A stretch of 64,000 bases of DNA from Macrostomum hystrix (Eukaryota > Animalia > Platyhelminthes): positions 3,906,001 through 3,970,000 of the forward strand of contig CATNEN010000011.1 in NCBI GenBank assembly GCA_950097015.1, written 5' to 3'. Position 1 is the stretch's first letter. Every line of letters starts with the position of its first letter. This document shows positions 12,401 to 24,682 of the stretch, in pieces. The notes below the pieces were generated by a model, which was given only the letters and a program-made list of their open reading frames with translations, had not been told where the DNA came from and did no database searches. The translations under genes and the position numbers were made by a program.

Positions 12401-13254
12401 AGAGTTTGCCGTCCTACTTCTAGTGGTCCTAGACTGAACTATCGGATTACCATTCAAAAATTATGTAGGGGACGCAACACTCAAGAATTTATAGGTAACA
12501 CTACAGGCTTGAGCACTATAGCCAAGAGCTTCAGAAAAAAATTTTAATCTCTAAATTTTTCCCGTTCTGCATGCAATTCTCCCAATTCAATTGACCCGTT
12601 AGCACACTCGCACGCAGGTACCGTACTCAGGTGTGTACATCCGGCCTGAAATTCTCATCGTCAAGCAGTGTACTTTTTAAAAAGCCGTCGGTCCTAAGTC
12701 CTAACCCGAATTGTTAGGTTATCGATCGGTCTAGAAGTTTCGTCTATGGCTGAAACCATGCTTCTATAATACACAGTATGACCGGGCATAAGTATACACA
12801 CTGATCAGTAAACGAGTAACAACGTAAAATTGAATAATTGTTAGAGCCAATTTACCGATAAAAAGTGTACCAGCGGGTGCCAAAAGCAGTCTGCTTTGTA
12901 CCTTTAGATTGCACGAGTGTTACGTCGTCCTATATAATGGTTATATGGAACAATGTTTTCAAAAACGTCGGTTTTAAAATCAGATCAGAATTCTTTTCTT
13001 TGTCTGATAACCCCTGAAAATTGCAGTAATTCGTTATTTGTTGCAGTTTTAAGCAAGGTTAATAATTTTTTATTTTTATAAATAATTTGCCACTTGCCAC
13101 TGAAGTCTTTTATTTAATGTTTCTATAAATATAATTAGATAACAAGATTAACAAATGAATGAAACCACCACCTGTATACTTCTTAAATCACTTGGAGTTG
13201 TTTTATAACAGCTTCTTGTAACTTCAGCATTTCGATTTGTTTATAAGAGAGTAG

Positions 13255-15155
13255 TTCTCTGGCGATTCTATGATTACAGTTTTCCGGCGACTCTCTGATT
13301 ACAGTTTTCTGGCGATTCTGTGATTACTGTTTTCAGGCGACTCTATGATTACTGTTTTCTGGTGACTCTCTGATTACAGTTTTCCGGCGACTCTCTGATT
13401 ACAGTTCTCTGGCGATTCTATGATTACAGTTTTCTGGCGACTCTCTGATTACAGTTTTCCGGCGACTCTCTGATTACGGTTCTCTGGCGATTCTGTGATT
13501 ACTGTTTTCAGGCGACTCTCTGATTACAGTTTTCTGGCGACTCTCTGATTACAGTTTTCTGGTGACTCTCTGATTACAGTTTTCCGGCGACTCTCTGATT
13601 ACAGTTCTCTGGCGATTCTGTGATTACTGTTTTCAGGCGACTCTCTGATTACAGTTTTCTGGCGACTCTCTGATTACAGTTTTCTGGTGACTCTCTGATT
13701 ACAGTTTTCCGGCGACTCTCTGATTACAGTTTTCTGGCGATTCTGTGATTACTGTTTTCAGGCGACTCTATGATTACTGTTTTCTGGTGACTCTCTGATT
13801 ACAGTTTTCCGGCGACTCTCTGATTACAGTTCTCTGGCGATTCTATGATTACAGTTTTCTGGCGACTCTCTGATTACAGTTTTCCGGCGACTCTCTGATT
13901 ACAGTTTTCTGGCGATTCTGTGATTACTGTTTTCAGGCGACTCTCTGATTACAGTTTTCTGGCGACTCTCTGATTACAGTTTTCTGGTGACTCTCTGATT
14001 ACAGTTTTCCGGCGACTCTCTGATTACAGTTCTCTGGCGATTCTGTGATTACTGTTTTCAGGCGACTCTCTGATTACAGTTTTCTGGCGACTCTCTGATT
14101 ACAGTTTTCTGGTGACTCTCTGATTACAGTTTTCCGGCGACTCTCTGATTACAGTTTTCTGGCGATTCTGTGATTACTGTTTTCAGGCGACTCTATGATT
14201 ACTGTTTTCTGGTGACTCTCTGATTACAGTTTTCCGGCGACTCTCTGATTACAGTTCTCTGGCGATTCTATGATTACAGTTTTCTGGCGACTCTCTGATT
14301 ACAGTTTTCCGGCGACTCTGATTACAGTTCTCTGGCGATTCTGTGATTACTGTTTTCAGGCGACTCTCTGATTACAGTTTTCTGGCGACTCTCTGATTAC
14401 AGTTTTCTGGTGACTCTCTGATTACAGTTTTCCGGCGACTCTCTGATTACAGTTCTCTGGCGATTCTGTGATTACTGTTTTCAGGCGACTCTCTGATTAC
14501 AGTTTTCTGGCGACTCTCTGATTACAGTTTTCTGGTGACTCTCTGATTACAGTTTTCTAGCGATTCTGTGATTACTGTTTTCAGGCGACTCTCTAATTAC
14601 AGTTTTAAGGCAATTCTCTGATTACAGTTTTCTGGCGATTCTGTGATTACTGTTTTCAGGCGACTCTCTGATTACAGTTTTCTGGCGACTCTCTGATTAC
14701 AGTTTTCTGGCGATTCTGTGATTACAGTTTTCTGGCGACTCTCTGATTACAGTTTTCTGGCGACTCTCTGATTACAGTTTTCTGGCGACTCTCTGATTAC
14801 AGTTTTCTGGCGACTCTCTGATTACAGTTTTCTGGCGACTCTCTGATTACAGTTCTCTGGCGACTCTCTAATTACAGTTTTAAGGCAATTCTCTGATTAC
14901 AGTTTTCTGGCGATTCTGTGATTACTGTTTTCTGGCGATTCTATGATTACAGTTTTCTGGCGATTCTCTGATTACAGTTTTCTGGTGACTCTCTGATTAC
15001 AGTTTTCTGGTGACTCTCTGATTACAGTTTTCTGGCGACTCTCTGATTACAGCTTTCAGGTGATTCTCTGATTACAGTTTTCTGGCGACTCTCTGATTAA
15101 AGTTTTCTGGTGACTCTCTGATTACAGTTTTCTGGCGACTCTCTGATTACAGTTG
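13255..15155. repeat. 25-bp satellite with 425-bp higher-order repeat
   Basis: Unit TTTTCTGGCGACTCTCTGATTACAG. The variant pattern recurs at 425-bp spacing (13321/13746/14171). Confidence 0.95.
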
Positions 15156-15829
15156 TAAGTTTCAGTTAAGCCAAAAAGTCTAAAGACACTAGTAATTAGA
15201 TTCCAAAAGAAAAAAATGAAATACTGAGTAAAAGGCAAATTTATTACTAAAAAAATAGTTGACTTTCGAGCTTGCAGGTCGCACAACAGTTACAAAAAAA
15301 GATTTTTTTCGCTATTAAATAAACTGGAAATCAGGTTTTAGAATATGATCCAATACAAATCCGATTAAATAAAAACTTCTGGCAAACCCAAAACAATTAT
15401 GAGACTAAAATACAAAACTGAAATGCTGCTTCATCTATTATATAGCTCTTGTCTAAGCTGGGGTTTTTGACAAGTTTTGACAAACATGGAAATTTGTGAA
15501 GCTCAGACAGAAACCAAATTAGAATTGCAAATTAAGAAAAAATGCATCAGCTAGGTAAAATATACAGGTGTTATAATTACCTTTCGCCTCGACATAAAAG
15601 CTAAAAACAAGTAGGGTCAAAACAGACCTTTCAGTAGAGAATGACGGGGTGACAAGTGGCATATGAGCATATGATCACATGAGTGATGACAGGAATTTCA
15701 TAGTGGCAACAATGGAACCAAACTGGCAAACAGTTCTTGGGGCGGAATCCAGGTTAGTAAACAATAAACTGATCAACAAATCACACAATAGTCTAAACCG
15801 CAAAATAATCATAATTCCAAGTTGATCTC

Positions 15830-16280
15830 AGATCCCAAAAACCACCAAATATCCCTGATCCCAAAACGATAAATTACTCAAGATCCTTAATATGCCAAAA
15901 ATCCCAGATCCAAAACTCCCAAAACATCCCAGATCCTAAAACTCTTAAAAAATCCCAAATCTCAAAAACTAAAAAGATCTCAGATTCCTAAAACCAAAAA
16001 ATCCCAGATCCCAAAACTCAAAAAATCCCAGATCCTAATAACTTCAAAAACTAGAAATCTTAAATCTCCAAAAAATCCCAAATCCGTAATCTAAAAAAAT
16101 CCCAGATCCTAAAACTCCAAAAATGTCTGATTCCTGAACCCCTGATCCTAGAGCTAAAAATAACCCGGATTCCCAAACGCAAGATATTTAAAGATACCTA
16201 AACCACAAAAAATCCCAGATCCCCAAACAACAAAATACTCTGAGATACCTGAAACCCAGAAAAAATCTTAGATTCTCGAA
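15830..16280. repeat. Degenerate AAAATCCCAGATCC-type tandem repeat
   Basis: Recurrent AAATCCCAGATCC cores with variable A/C spacers just 3' of DNMT3. Confidence 0.7.
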
Positions 16281-16336
16281 ACTTTGCATAAAAAAGAAAT
16301 ATTGTAAGAATGAATCCTTGGATACGCAAATTAGAT

Positions 16337-19300
16337 TTATTCCTTCTTAGCGCAGGCATCATCGGCAGTCTGTCGCACGGAGAACCAGTGACGCAGAGGT
16401 CTCAGCAGGTGGGCCACCACTGGAAGGCACCAGCTTCTGCCCAACAGTTTCCGCCTGGCCAGATCGCCGAGGCCATAGTCGGTGTAGTGCTGAGGAAAGC
16501 CAAATAGGCGCTCGAGTTCCGTTGTCCACAGGGCGTCGGGTAGGCCGGTGGCTGCGGCTACTGGCAGGGCGCCGCCGCGACCGCGACCGCTGCCGCTTTT
16601 CGTCGTGACGCAGCCGACGCTGGAGTGGATGGCGGTTCGGCCGCTGCGCGGATCGATGCAGCTGGCCAGGTGGCGACGTTGGCGGCTGCGAATTTTATGC
16701 GCTATTTTGAATTATTGGCTTCATAATCATGAGAATAATAATTGCAGGAGACCTCTTAGCTAGCGAGGAGGAAAATTTGTCCATTCCGCTGATTCCTGAG
16801 CACACTCTCACACAGGTGTGTATTCATTACGCCTGCCCTAATTGGGTGGCCAGATGTGCTACTGACAGCAAAGCCGCGCGGCGACGCAGAAGGCTGCGTA
16901 CGGCTGTTCAGTCCATGGACTGGGGAGACGCCACACCCATCCCTCAATTACCCCAGCTACACCAGTACTCATTTAGCAGCCGGGTGAACTGAAGCAATGC
17001 AGGGGTTACGTGTCTAGAATAAAGGACACAAATCGAGAGTTCGACGCTATAACCACATGGCTACAACCTCCTGTGCCGCCTGTGAGTGTACACTCTCACT
17101 GTGCCTTTGAGGTTGGCCCTCTAGGGCGGAAATTGCACGACAAGCCCCCAAGCCTTCTCTCCGAGGCTCATCGTGGAATCGAAATTTTAATTCGTTACTT
17201 TTATGTTTCGCTAGATTTTTTATAGTTTTTTAAGAAACGGGTTTTTCTAGTTCTTCAAAAGTCAAAACTACAGCATTTTGACGCACTCTGAAATCAATAC
17301 AAAATGGAACTCACCCGGAGCTTCCGTCAGCAGCTCCGGCATCGGCGCAGTCCACAACGTCAGCAGCCAATTCGGCCGCTATGCCACCAGCGGTGCGCAG
17401 CATGCCGGGCAGGTTGCCCCAGAACAGGCGGGCGCGCCGCTGCGCCGAGAAGATCGAGGCGTCGAGACGGACGGGCTCGCGGCATAGGAATCTGGAGTGG
17501 CGATGGGATAAACTGGGGATATTTTAATCAGCAATGGTCACAGAATTGGATCATAGTGTGCTCAGTGCGACAGAATGGGATATTTGTGTGCGGAAGGTGA
17601 CAGAATGGGATATTTGTTCTGAAGGTAACAGAATGGGATATTTGTGTGCGGAAGGTGACAGAATGGGATATTTGTGTTCTGAAGGTAACAGAATGGGATA
17701 TTTGTGTGCGGAAGGTGACAGAATGGGATATTTGTGTTCTGAAGGTAACAGAATGGGATATTTGTGTGCGGAAGGTGACAGAATGGGATATTTGTGTGCG
17801 GAATGTGACAGAATGGGATATTTGTGTTCTGAAGGTGACAGAATGGGATATTTGTGTGCGGAAGGTGACAGAATGGGATATTTGTGTGCGGAAGGTGACA
17901 GAATGGGATATTTGTGTGCGGAAGGTGACAGAATGGGATATTTGTGTGCGGAAGGTGACAGAATGGGATATTTGTGTGCGGAAGGTGACAGAATGGGATA
18001 TTTGTGTTCTGAAGGTAACAGAATGGGATATTTGTGTTCTGAAGGTAACAGAATGGGATATTTGTGTGCGGAAGGTGACAGAATGGGATATTTGTGTTCT
18101 GAAGGTAACAGAATGGGATATTTGTGTGCGGAAGGTGACAGAATGGGATATTTGTGTGTGGAATGTGACAGAATGGGATATTTGTGTTCTGAAGGTAACA
18201 GAATGGGATATTTGTGTTCTGAAGGTAACAGAATGGGATATTTGTGTGCGGAAGGTGACAGAATGGGATATTTGTGTGCGGAAGGTGACAGAATGGGATA
18301 TTTGTGTGCGGAAGGTGACAGAATGGGATATCTGTGTGCGGAAGGTGACAGAATGGGATATTTGTGTGCGGAAGGTGACAGAATGGGATATTTGTTTGCT
18401 GAAGGAGACAGAATGGCATATTTGTGTCCTTAAGGTGACGGAATGGGATATTTGTATGTTGAGGGTGTCAAAATGGGATATTTGTGTCCTTAAGGTGACA
18501 GAATGGGACATTTGTGCGCTGAAGGTGACAGAATAGGATATTCGTCTTGTGTAAACCTGCCAATCATCACCTTGATATGTAATCACGATCCTCTCGACGC
18601 ATGCTGGCCACATTTTCGAACAGCCAGAACAGGCTGGGCTGATCCGATCCTCGACTCCTGCCAATGCGACGCAGCAGTTCCAGGATTCGATGGAACTCAA
18701 AGAATAGCAGACCGGACTGGGAGCCGATGCCCTGTCTGAAATGGGATAAAGGATCTAACTGATGGAACTGGCTAAAATATCCACATCAGATGATATTTGA
18801 TCAGGGGTCGGCAAACTTATTAACTAGCGGGCCAAAGAGAGAAACTTAAAGACGACAGCGGGCCGCATCTCAGGAGAGACGAGACACTGGAGAGATGAGA
18901 TACGGGAGAGATGAGACACGGGAGAGATGAGACACGGGAGAGATGAGACACGGGAGAGACGAGACACGGGAGAGATAAGACATGGGAGAGACGAGACACG
19001 GGAGAGATGAGACATGGGAGAGACGAGACATGGGAGAGACGAGACACGGGAGAGATGAGACATGGGAGATACGAGACACGGGAGAGACGAGACACGGGAG
19101 AGATGAGACACAGGAGAGATGAGACACGGGAGAGATGAGACAGGGAGAGATGAGACAGGGGAGACATGAGACACGGGAGAGACGATACTGAGGAAATATG
19201 GAGCAGAATACCGTAAGTGTTATGGGCCTGATTTAGGAGCCTCGAGGGCCGCATCTTTGCCGCGGGCCGGAGTTGGCCGAAACCGAATTAGAGAATATAC

Positions 19301-22300
19301 TACGAGCTTTGCATCCTGTTAAATAATAAAAAAAATCCTACATTTGATTTAAACAGAGTCCTCATAGACAAACCTTGTCAGGGGATTTAAAACCCCAAAA
19401 AGTATAGAAATCATATCACACGATAAAAAGTCAAAGTACAAAGCCAGACTGAAATTCATACTATAAGTTACCGTTAAAAAAGCCGCCATTAACATCGGGC
19501 GGATAAAATCACCACAGATTTAGCCGCTACACAAAAATGAGGACCACTCACTCACCTGTTTGGATTGGCTCCAGACAGTTCGTTGCATGGCGAACCGCCA
19601 ATCAGCAAATCGATGGGCATCAGCGATTTCAGTTGATCGGCGCCCAATTCGAAAATATTTCCAAGCTGTTGCACTCTGTCGCCATGGTTACAGGCGACCA
19701 CTCGAATCGCTTCCGGATCAATCTCGGAAGCGAAATAGGCGCCAACCGATAAGCCGGCGGAGTCCAGGCACAGCAGACCCGAGGCAATGCCGTCAAACAG
19801 CGACAGAACGCGCAGCGGTCGCTTTGCCTGGCGCACAGTCAGCGGGATTTCAACGGTGGCAGGCAGATGATGAGGACTCGAAGGCGCTGGTGGCAGCTCC
19901 TCTTCGGGTTCCGTTTGACTAAAATAAAAAAAATATTATGAACAGTAGCGCGGGGGTCGGTGGCAGAGCGGTCTAACGCGTTTGCCTCTCGCACCAAGGT
20001 CCCTGAGTTCGATTCCGCGGCGAGGCCACATTCATTTGGGTCGCAGCCGCGGAGAGAAGGCTTGGGGACCTGATGTGCAATTTATGCCCATGAGGGCCAA
20101 CCTCAAAGGCACAGTGAAAGTGTACAATGCCTGACGATGAGAAACTCAGGGCAGATGTACACACCTGTGTGAGAGTGTGACTGAGTACAGTACAGTATCT
20201 GCGCGTGTGTGCGTGTGTGCTCAAGAGTCAACCAAATGGGCAGAATTGCCTCCTCGCTGGGTGCTGGTCTAGTGTCACCAAAATGATGGGCCATTGCCCG
20301 CAGCCCTCCTGCAAGTATTATTATACAGTAGCGCTTAACTGGTTATTAGTAATCTGTATCTGAATCCCATCATCTGAAAATCATATTTTTTAATTATCTC
20401 TTTGTGCTAATCCATCAATTCCATTCCAATTCCTATTTCATCGATACTGCTGTTTTATCAACATATCTATCAAACTTATTTCCCTCATTCATCTTACTTC
20501 TAAATATTCATTAATTTATTTCTCATAATCTATCATTTCCATTAATGAACAATCCTGTTTCCCTAGCTATTAACGTAATTCATCAATCCCATCTTATAAT
20601 CTATCAATACCATCCCATAATCCATTAATAACATCCCATAATCCACAAATTCCATCCCATAATCTATCAAAACTATCCATAATCTATCAATTCTATAACA
20701 GAATCTATCAATACCATCCATAATCTATCAATACCATCCCATAATCCATCAATACCATCCCAGAGTCAGTCAATCCTATTTCCAAAGTGCATTAATCCCA
20801 AAATCAGAGCTTACCAGTACAGGCGGCGGCGCCAGTCAGTCCTGGGCTGAATAAGTCTCTCAGTTCGCAATTGGCACAGGTAGCACAGCCAGTCGCTGTC
20901 GCTAATGACTCGCTGCCAAGCTTCTTGCCCCAGTAGCAGAGTTAAACAGGCTTGGCAGAAGCAGCGACCGCAATCTGCAGAGCCGCACATAGCCTGCTTT
21001 GCAAATGATTTGAGTTGAAATGAGATTTAGTAACACTAATTTCAATCATATTCATATAGGTTCTTCCATGAGGATCCTATAAACTATTTTATACTTTTTT
21101 AATGAAATACGTCCCTTTTTATTTATGTCTAATAATTTATGTCTAATAATCTCCGTTAGTTTTAGAACTATTGATTCTTATGAATCGAACTGCGACCTCA
21201 CAGATTTTTTCCCATTTCACTCCCTAAGATTCTCCCTTTTACTTTCCCTAAGGTTCTTCCCGTTCCACTCCCATCGATTTTTCCCATTCCATTTCCGTAG
21301 ATTCTTCCCATCCCACTCCCATAGATACTTCCCATCCCACTCGCATAGATTCTTCCTATTCCATTCCCATAGATTCTTCCCATTCCACTCCCATAGATTC
21401 TTCCCAGTCCACTCCCTATAGATTTTTCCCATTCCATTCCCATAGATTCTTCCCATTCGATTCCCATAGATTCTTACCATTCCACTCCCATAGATTCTTC
21501 CCATTCCATTCCCATAGATTCTTACCATTCCACTCCCATAGATTCTTCCCATTCCATTCCCATAGATTCTTCCCATTCCACTATTATAGATTCTTCCCAT
21601 TCCACTCCCCATAGATTCTTCCCATCCCACTCCCATAGATTCTTCCCATTCCACTCCCATAGATTCTTCCCATTCGATTCCCATAGATTCTTACCATTCT
21701 ACTCCCATAGATTCTTCCCATTCCATTCCCATAGATTTTTCCCATTCCACTCCCATAGTTTCTTCCCATTCCATTCCCATAGATTTTTCCCATTCCACTC
21801 CCATAGTTTCTTCCCATTCCATTCCCATAGATTCTTCCCATTCCACTATTATATATTCTTCCCATTCCACTCCCCATAGATTCTTCCCATCCCACTCCCA
21901 TAGATTCTTCCCATTCCACTCCCATAGATTCTTCCCAGTCCACTCCCTATAGATTTTTCCCATTCCATTCCCATAGATTCTTCCCATTCGATTCCCATAG
22001 ATTCTTACCATTCTACTCCCATAGATTCTTCCCATTCCATTCCCATAGATTTTTCCCATTCCACTCCCATAGTTTCTTCCCATTCCATTCCCATAGATTC
22101 TTCCCATTCCACTATTATAGATTCTTCCCATTCCACTCCCCATAGATTCTTCCCATCCCACTCCCATAGATTCTTCCCATTCCATTCCCCTAGATTACTC
22201 CCATTCCACTCCGCTAGACTTTTCCCATTCTTATCTCCTAGACTTTTCTCATTCCACTCCTTTAGATTCTTTCCATTCCAACCCCACATCATCTTCGCAT

Positions 22301-24682
22301 TCCGAACCCGATGCCAGATATTATAATCCAGACTCCACTACCTAATTCCCTTGTTGGCACGGAAGCTAAAGTATCTCACCTGGTTGCCGGGCCTACCGCA
22401 CACTGAGCAGTACATAAACCAGCCATCGTCACCAACTGAGAAGCAAACAGCCAGGTAATAATCCAAGCACGGCTTGCACATTGAACCTCGAAACACCGGA
22501 TGCTCTGATAACTGTACTAAATCGCTACCCAAAACGCCGCAGGCCAAGCAGAGGCTGTTTAATGACAACGAACCGTTGCTAATGTCAACAAACACAGACA
22601 TCAGCGTCGGCGTGACAGTGCGGGGCGTTGAGAATCTGCCAAACTTTGACGACTGGCTGTAGGATGAGGCGTCATCGCGAAAGTCATCAGTATCTTGATG
22701 GTTTTCGTGATCTTCGTCTTCGTCTGTGCAGATTTATGTTTAAAAAAATATATAATTAGTAAGATATAATTAAAGAGAGCATCAGATGACGTTAGTTTTA
22801 TAACTGCGCAAAACTCACCGCTGTAGACTAGACGTAGGCCTTCACTTTCGGCTACCGCTTTCAGTGATCGCTTGTGCTGTCTGCAATGCAATAAGCAATG
22901 ATTATTGTTTACTATTTAATTCTCATCGAATCTCGTGTTTATTTCTATTTGTACTGAAAAAATCAAAGCACTCATAAATCTCTACTAAAGGAAAGCATCC
23001 TCAGAGTATCCTTGGAGCAATGACCTTATGATTAACACAGCAGTGACCTTATGATTAACACAGCAATGACCTTATGATTAACACAGCAATTACCGTATGA
23101 TTAACACAGCAATTACCGTATGATTAACACAGCAATTACCGTATGATTAACACAGCAATTACCGTATGATTAACACAGCAATGACCTTATGATTAACACA
23201 GCAATGACCTTATGATTAACACAGCAATTACCGTATGATTAACACAGCAATTACCGTATGATTAACACAGCAATGACCTTATGATTAACACAGCAATGAG
23301 GCTCAAATCCATGAGACCATGAGGCCAGACAATGACGACAACTATTTTGAAAGACAGAGCAATTACTTAGCACCAACCGCATGTCCAAACTAACCGATAG
23401 ATATCCACCAGACAGTCAATAACCCAGTCGGATAGAGGCGGTCGTCTCTTCAGTCTAGCCGCCTCGTCTTCAGTGGTCAGCCTCGCAAGTTGGTCACCGA
23501 CGGTGGCGCCATCCGCTAATTGTTTGTCGACGTCTTGATCATCGCCGCTTCGTCTTTCAATAAGCTCCAGCCTGAGTCTGCGCATTCCCCTAGCCAGTAG
23601 GGCATTGCGGCAGGACGCTGCCGCCGCCAGACTCTCCGGATTGTCTATGGGCTGAAGTCCGGCGGCGGGCAGTTCCGAGACTTTGCCCTCGGCCAGCCAC
23701 AGGAGCCAGCGCATTCCGGTTCTTGCCGGACGAAGGTGACAACGACGACCGGAGACAACTAAGGCCGGGTAGGACTGCGGGTCGGTGCGGTTTGGAATTC
23801 CGTGTTTCAACAATAATAATTGATTACAGCTGCATCTAAAGGCGGCGTCTGGCTGTTCAGTCCATGGACTGGTAAGAAGCCACACCCATTTAACAGCTGC
23901 GTGAACTGAAGCAATTCAGATTTAAGTGTCTTTCTAAATGAAACAAATAGTTCCCGTGGAGTCGGGAATCGAACCCCCGACCTTTAAGTCGTGACAGTGA
24001 CGCTCTAACTCAAATCTCAAAGAATTCCAGTTCCTGATCTTGAAAAATCCTAACTTTTTTATCCCATTCTCACCTGACCTTGCCATCTGGCCCATACCAG
24101 CCGACCAATGTCATCATTTTCCAATGGTTCGTCTGGATCTTGTTCATCCTTGTCCACTGATCTGATGTCGCCTTCTTCATCTGCCGAACTATTGTCAGTG
24201 CGAATGTGACGCTCCTTGGGGTCAATGGAGGAGGCTGGTTTAGCGGGCAGCAGAATGCTGCAGTCTGGGCGCAATTTTGCAAGCTTTTCAGTTGTTGACT
24301 CGCCAACGCAAGCCGCAGCTGCGGAGCTGAGCTTCGGCTGGGATTCTTGCCTCATCGAGTGAGATATATCTGTTAGGATAACACGCGGCTGAGAATTAAT
24401 CTTTGGTTTGGCGTGAATCTTTGCCTTGTCAGTAGGATTATCAGATTTATCAACGCTATCATAAGAGTCATCGTCATCACTAGATTGGTCAGTGCTATTT
24501 TCACAATAATTGGTTTGCAGGTTTGATCTTGGTCTTGGCCTTTTGATTGGCGGTTTCAAAGAGTTAGCTTGAGCAGGCTTGGATATTCGAGGAGGTTGAG
24601 GTTGCTGTTCTAGCACTGGTGACTGCTTGTCAACAGTAGCAGCTCTGCGCTTGTTAAGCTTCACACTGTCATATAGAGACAT
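16337..24682 (-). CDS. DNMT3: DNA (cytosine-5) methyltransferase 3, PWWP-ADD-MTase, 9 coding exons, ~875 aa
   Basis: Exons (5' to 3'): 24682-24074, 23774-23395, 22880-22819, 22723-22380, 20993-20815, 19918-19556, 18735-18571, 17491-17315, 16685-16337. All GT-AG and in phase (2628 nt). PWWP (GRLVWAR...RWLLWLAEGKVS); ADD (CLACG...HPVFRGSMCKPC...YCSVCG...CGSADCGRCFCQAC...WLCYLC); MTase VLSLFDGIASG, SEID, DLLIGGSPCN, FWLFENV, RARLFWGNLPGM, ELERLFGFPQHYTD, LLGRSW. Confidence 0.95.
16797..17180 (-). mobile_element. SINE-A copy nested inside a SINE-B copy (last DNMT3 intron)
   Basis: SINE-B tail (GAGCACACTCTCACACAGGTGTGTA) at ~16798-16822, SINE-A reverse complement ~16823-17075, SINE-B resumes at GTGTACACTCTCACTGTGCCTTTGAGG ~17086-17180. 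Confidence 0.75.
17565..18535. repeat. 30-bp minisatellite in DNMT3 intron
   Basis: GAATGGGATATTTGTGTGCGGAAGGTGACA, about 32 copies, with two alternating variants. Confidence 0.97.
18802..19285. mobile_element. hAT/Charlie-like MITE with an internal 16-bp minisatellite
   Basis: Left end CAGGGGTCGGCAAAC; degenerate right end GTTGGCCGAAACCG; GCGGGCCG subterminal motifs; (GGGAGAGATGAGACAC)n at ~18880-19185. Confidence 0.7.
19948..20232 (+). mobile_element. tRNA-derived SINE family B, full-length copy
   Basis: A box TGGCAGAGCGG, B box GAGTTCGATTCC, GAGGGCCAACC, long hairpin GTGTACAATGCCTGA...TCAGGGCAGATGTACAC, GT-rich tail. Other copies at ~12600, 17086, 33545, 35320, 37245, 51200. Confidence 0.85.
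20565..20765. repeat. ~21-bp degenerate minisatellite (DNMT3 intron)
   Basis: ATAATCTATCAATACCATCCC-like units. Confidence 0.75.
21235..22290. repeat. ~24-bp pyrimidine-rich minisatellite (DNMT3 intron)
   Basis: TTCTTCCCATTCCACTCCCATAGA-like units, about 40 copies, with block duplications. Confidence 0.95.
23020..23300. repeat. 23-bp minisatellite (DNMT3 intron)
   Basis: ATGACCTTATGATTAACACAGCA and ATTACCGTATGATTAACACAGCA variants, about 12 copies. Confidence 0.95.
23810..24010 (-). mobile_element. SINE-A copy filling most of the intron that splits the DNMT3 PWWP domain
   Basis: Reverse complement of tRNA head (GGGAATCGAACCCCCGACC), CORE-like block, CAGTCCATGGACTG, tail. Confidence 0.85.

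Noticed and set aside
17528-18700. Long repetitive ORFs (QISHSVTFRT, EGDRMGYLCA, KVTEWDICVR)
   Set aside because: Translations of a stop-free 30-bp minisatellite inside a DNMT3 intron; open in several frames on both strands.
20120-20170. Hammerhead ribozyme from CTGACGA...GAAAC in SINE-B
   Set aside because: Only 3 nt between CUGACGA and GAAA (no stem II), and GAAA is absent in the 37.4-kb copy; kept only as a hairpin.
21125-22292. GSGMGRIY / WEESMG repeat ORFs
   Set aside because: Intronic ~24-bp minisatellite.
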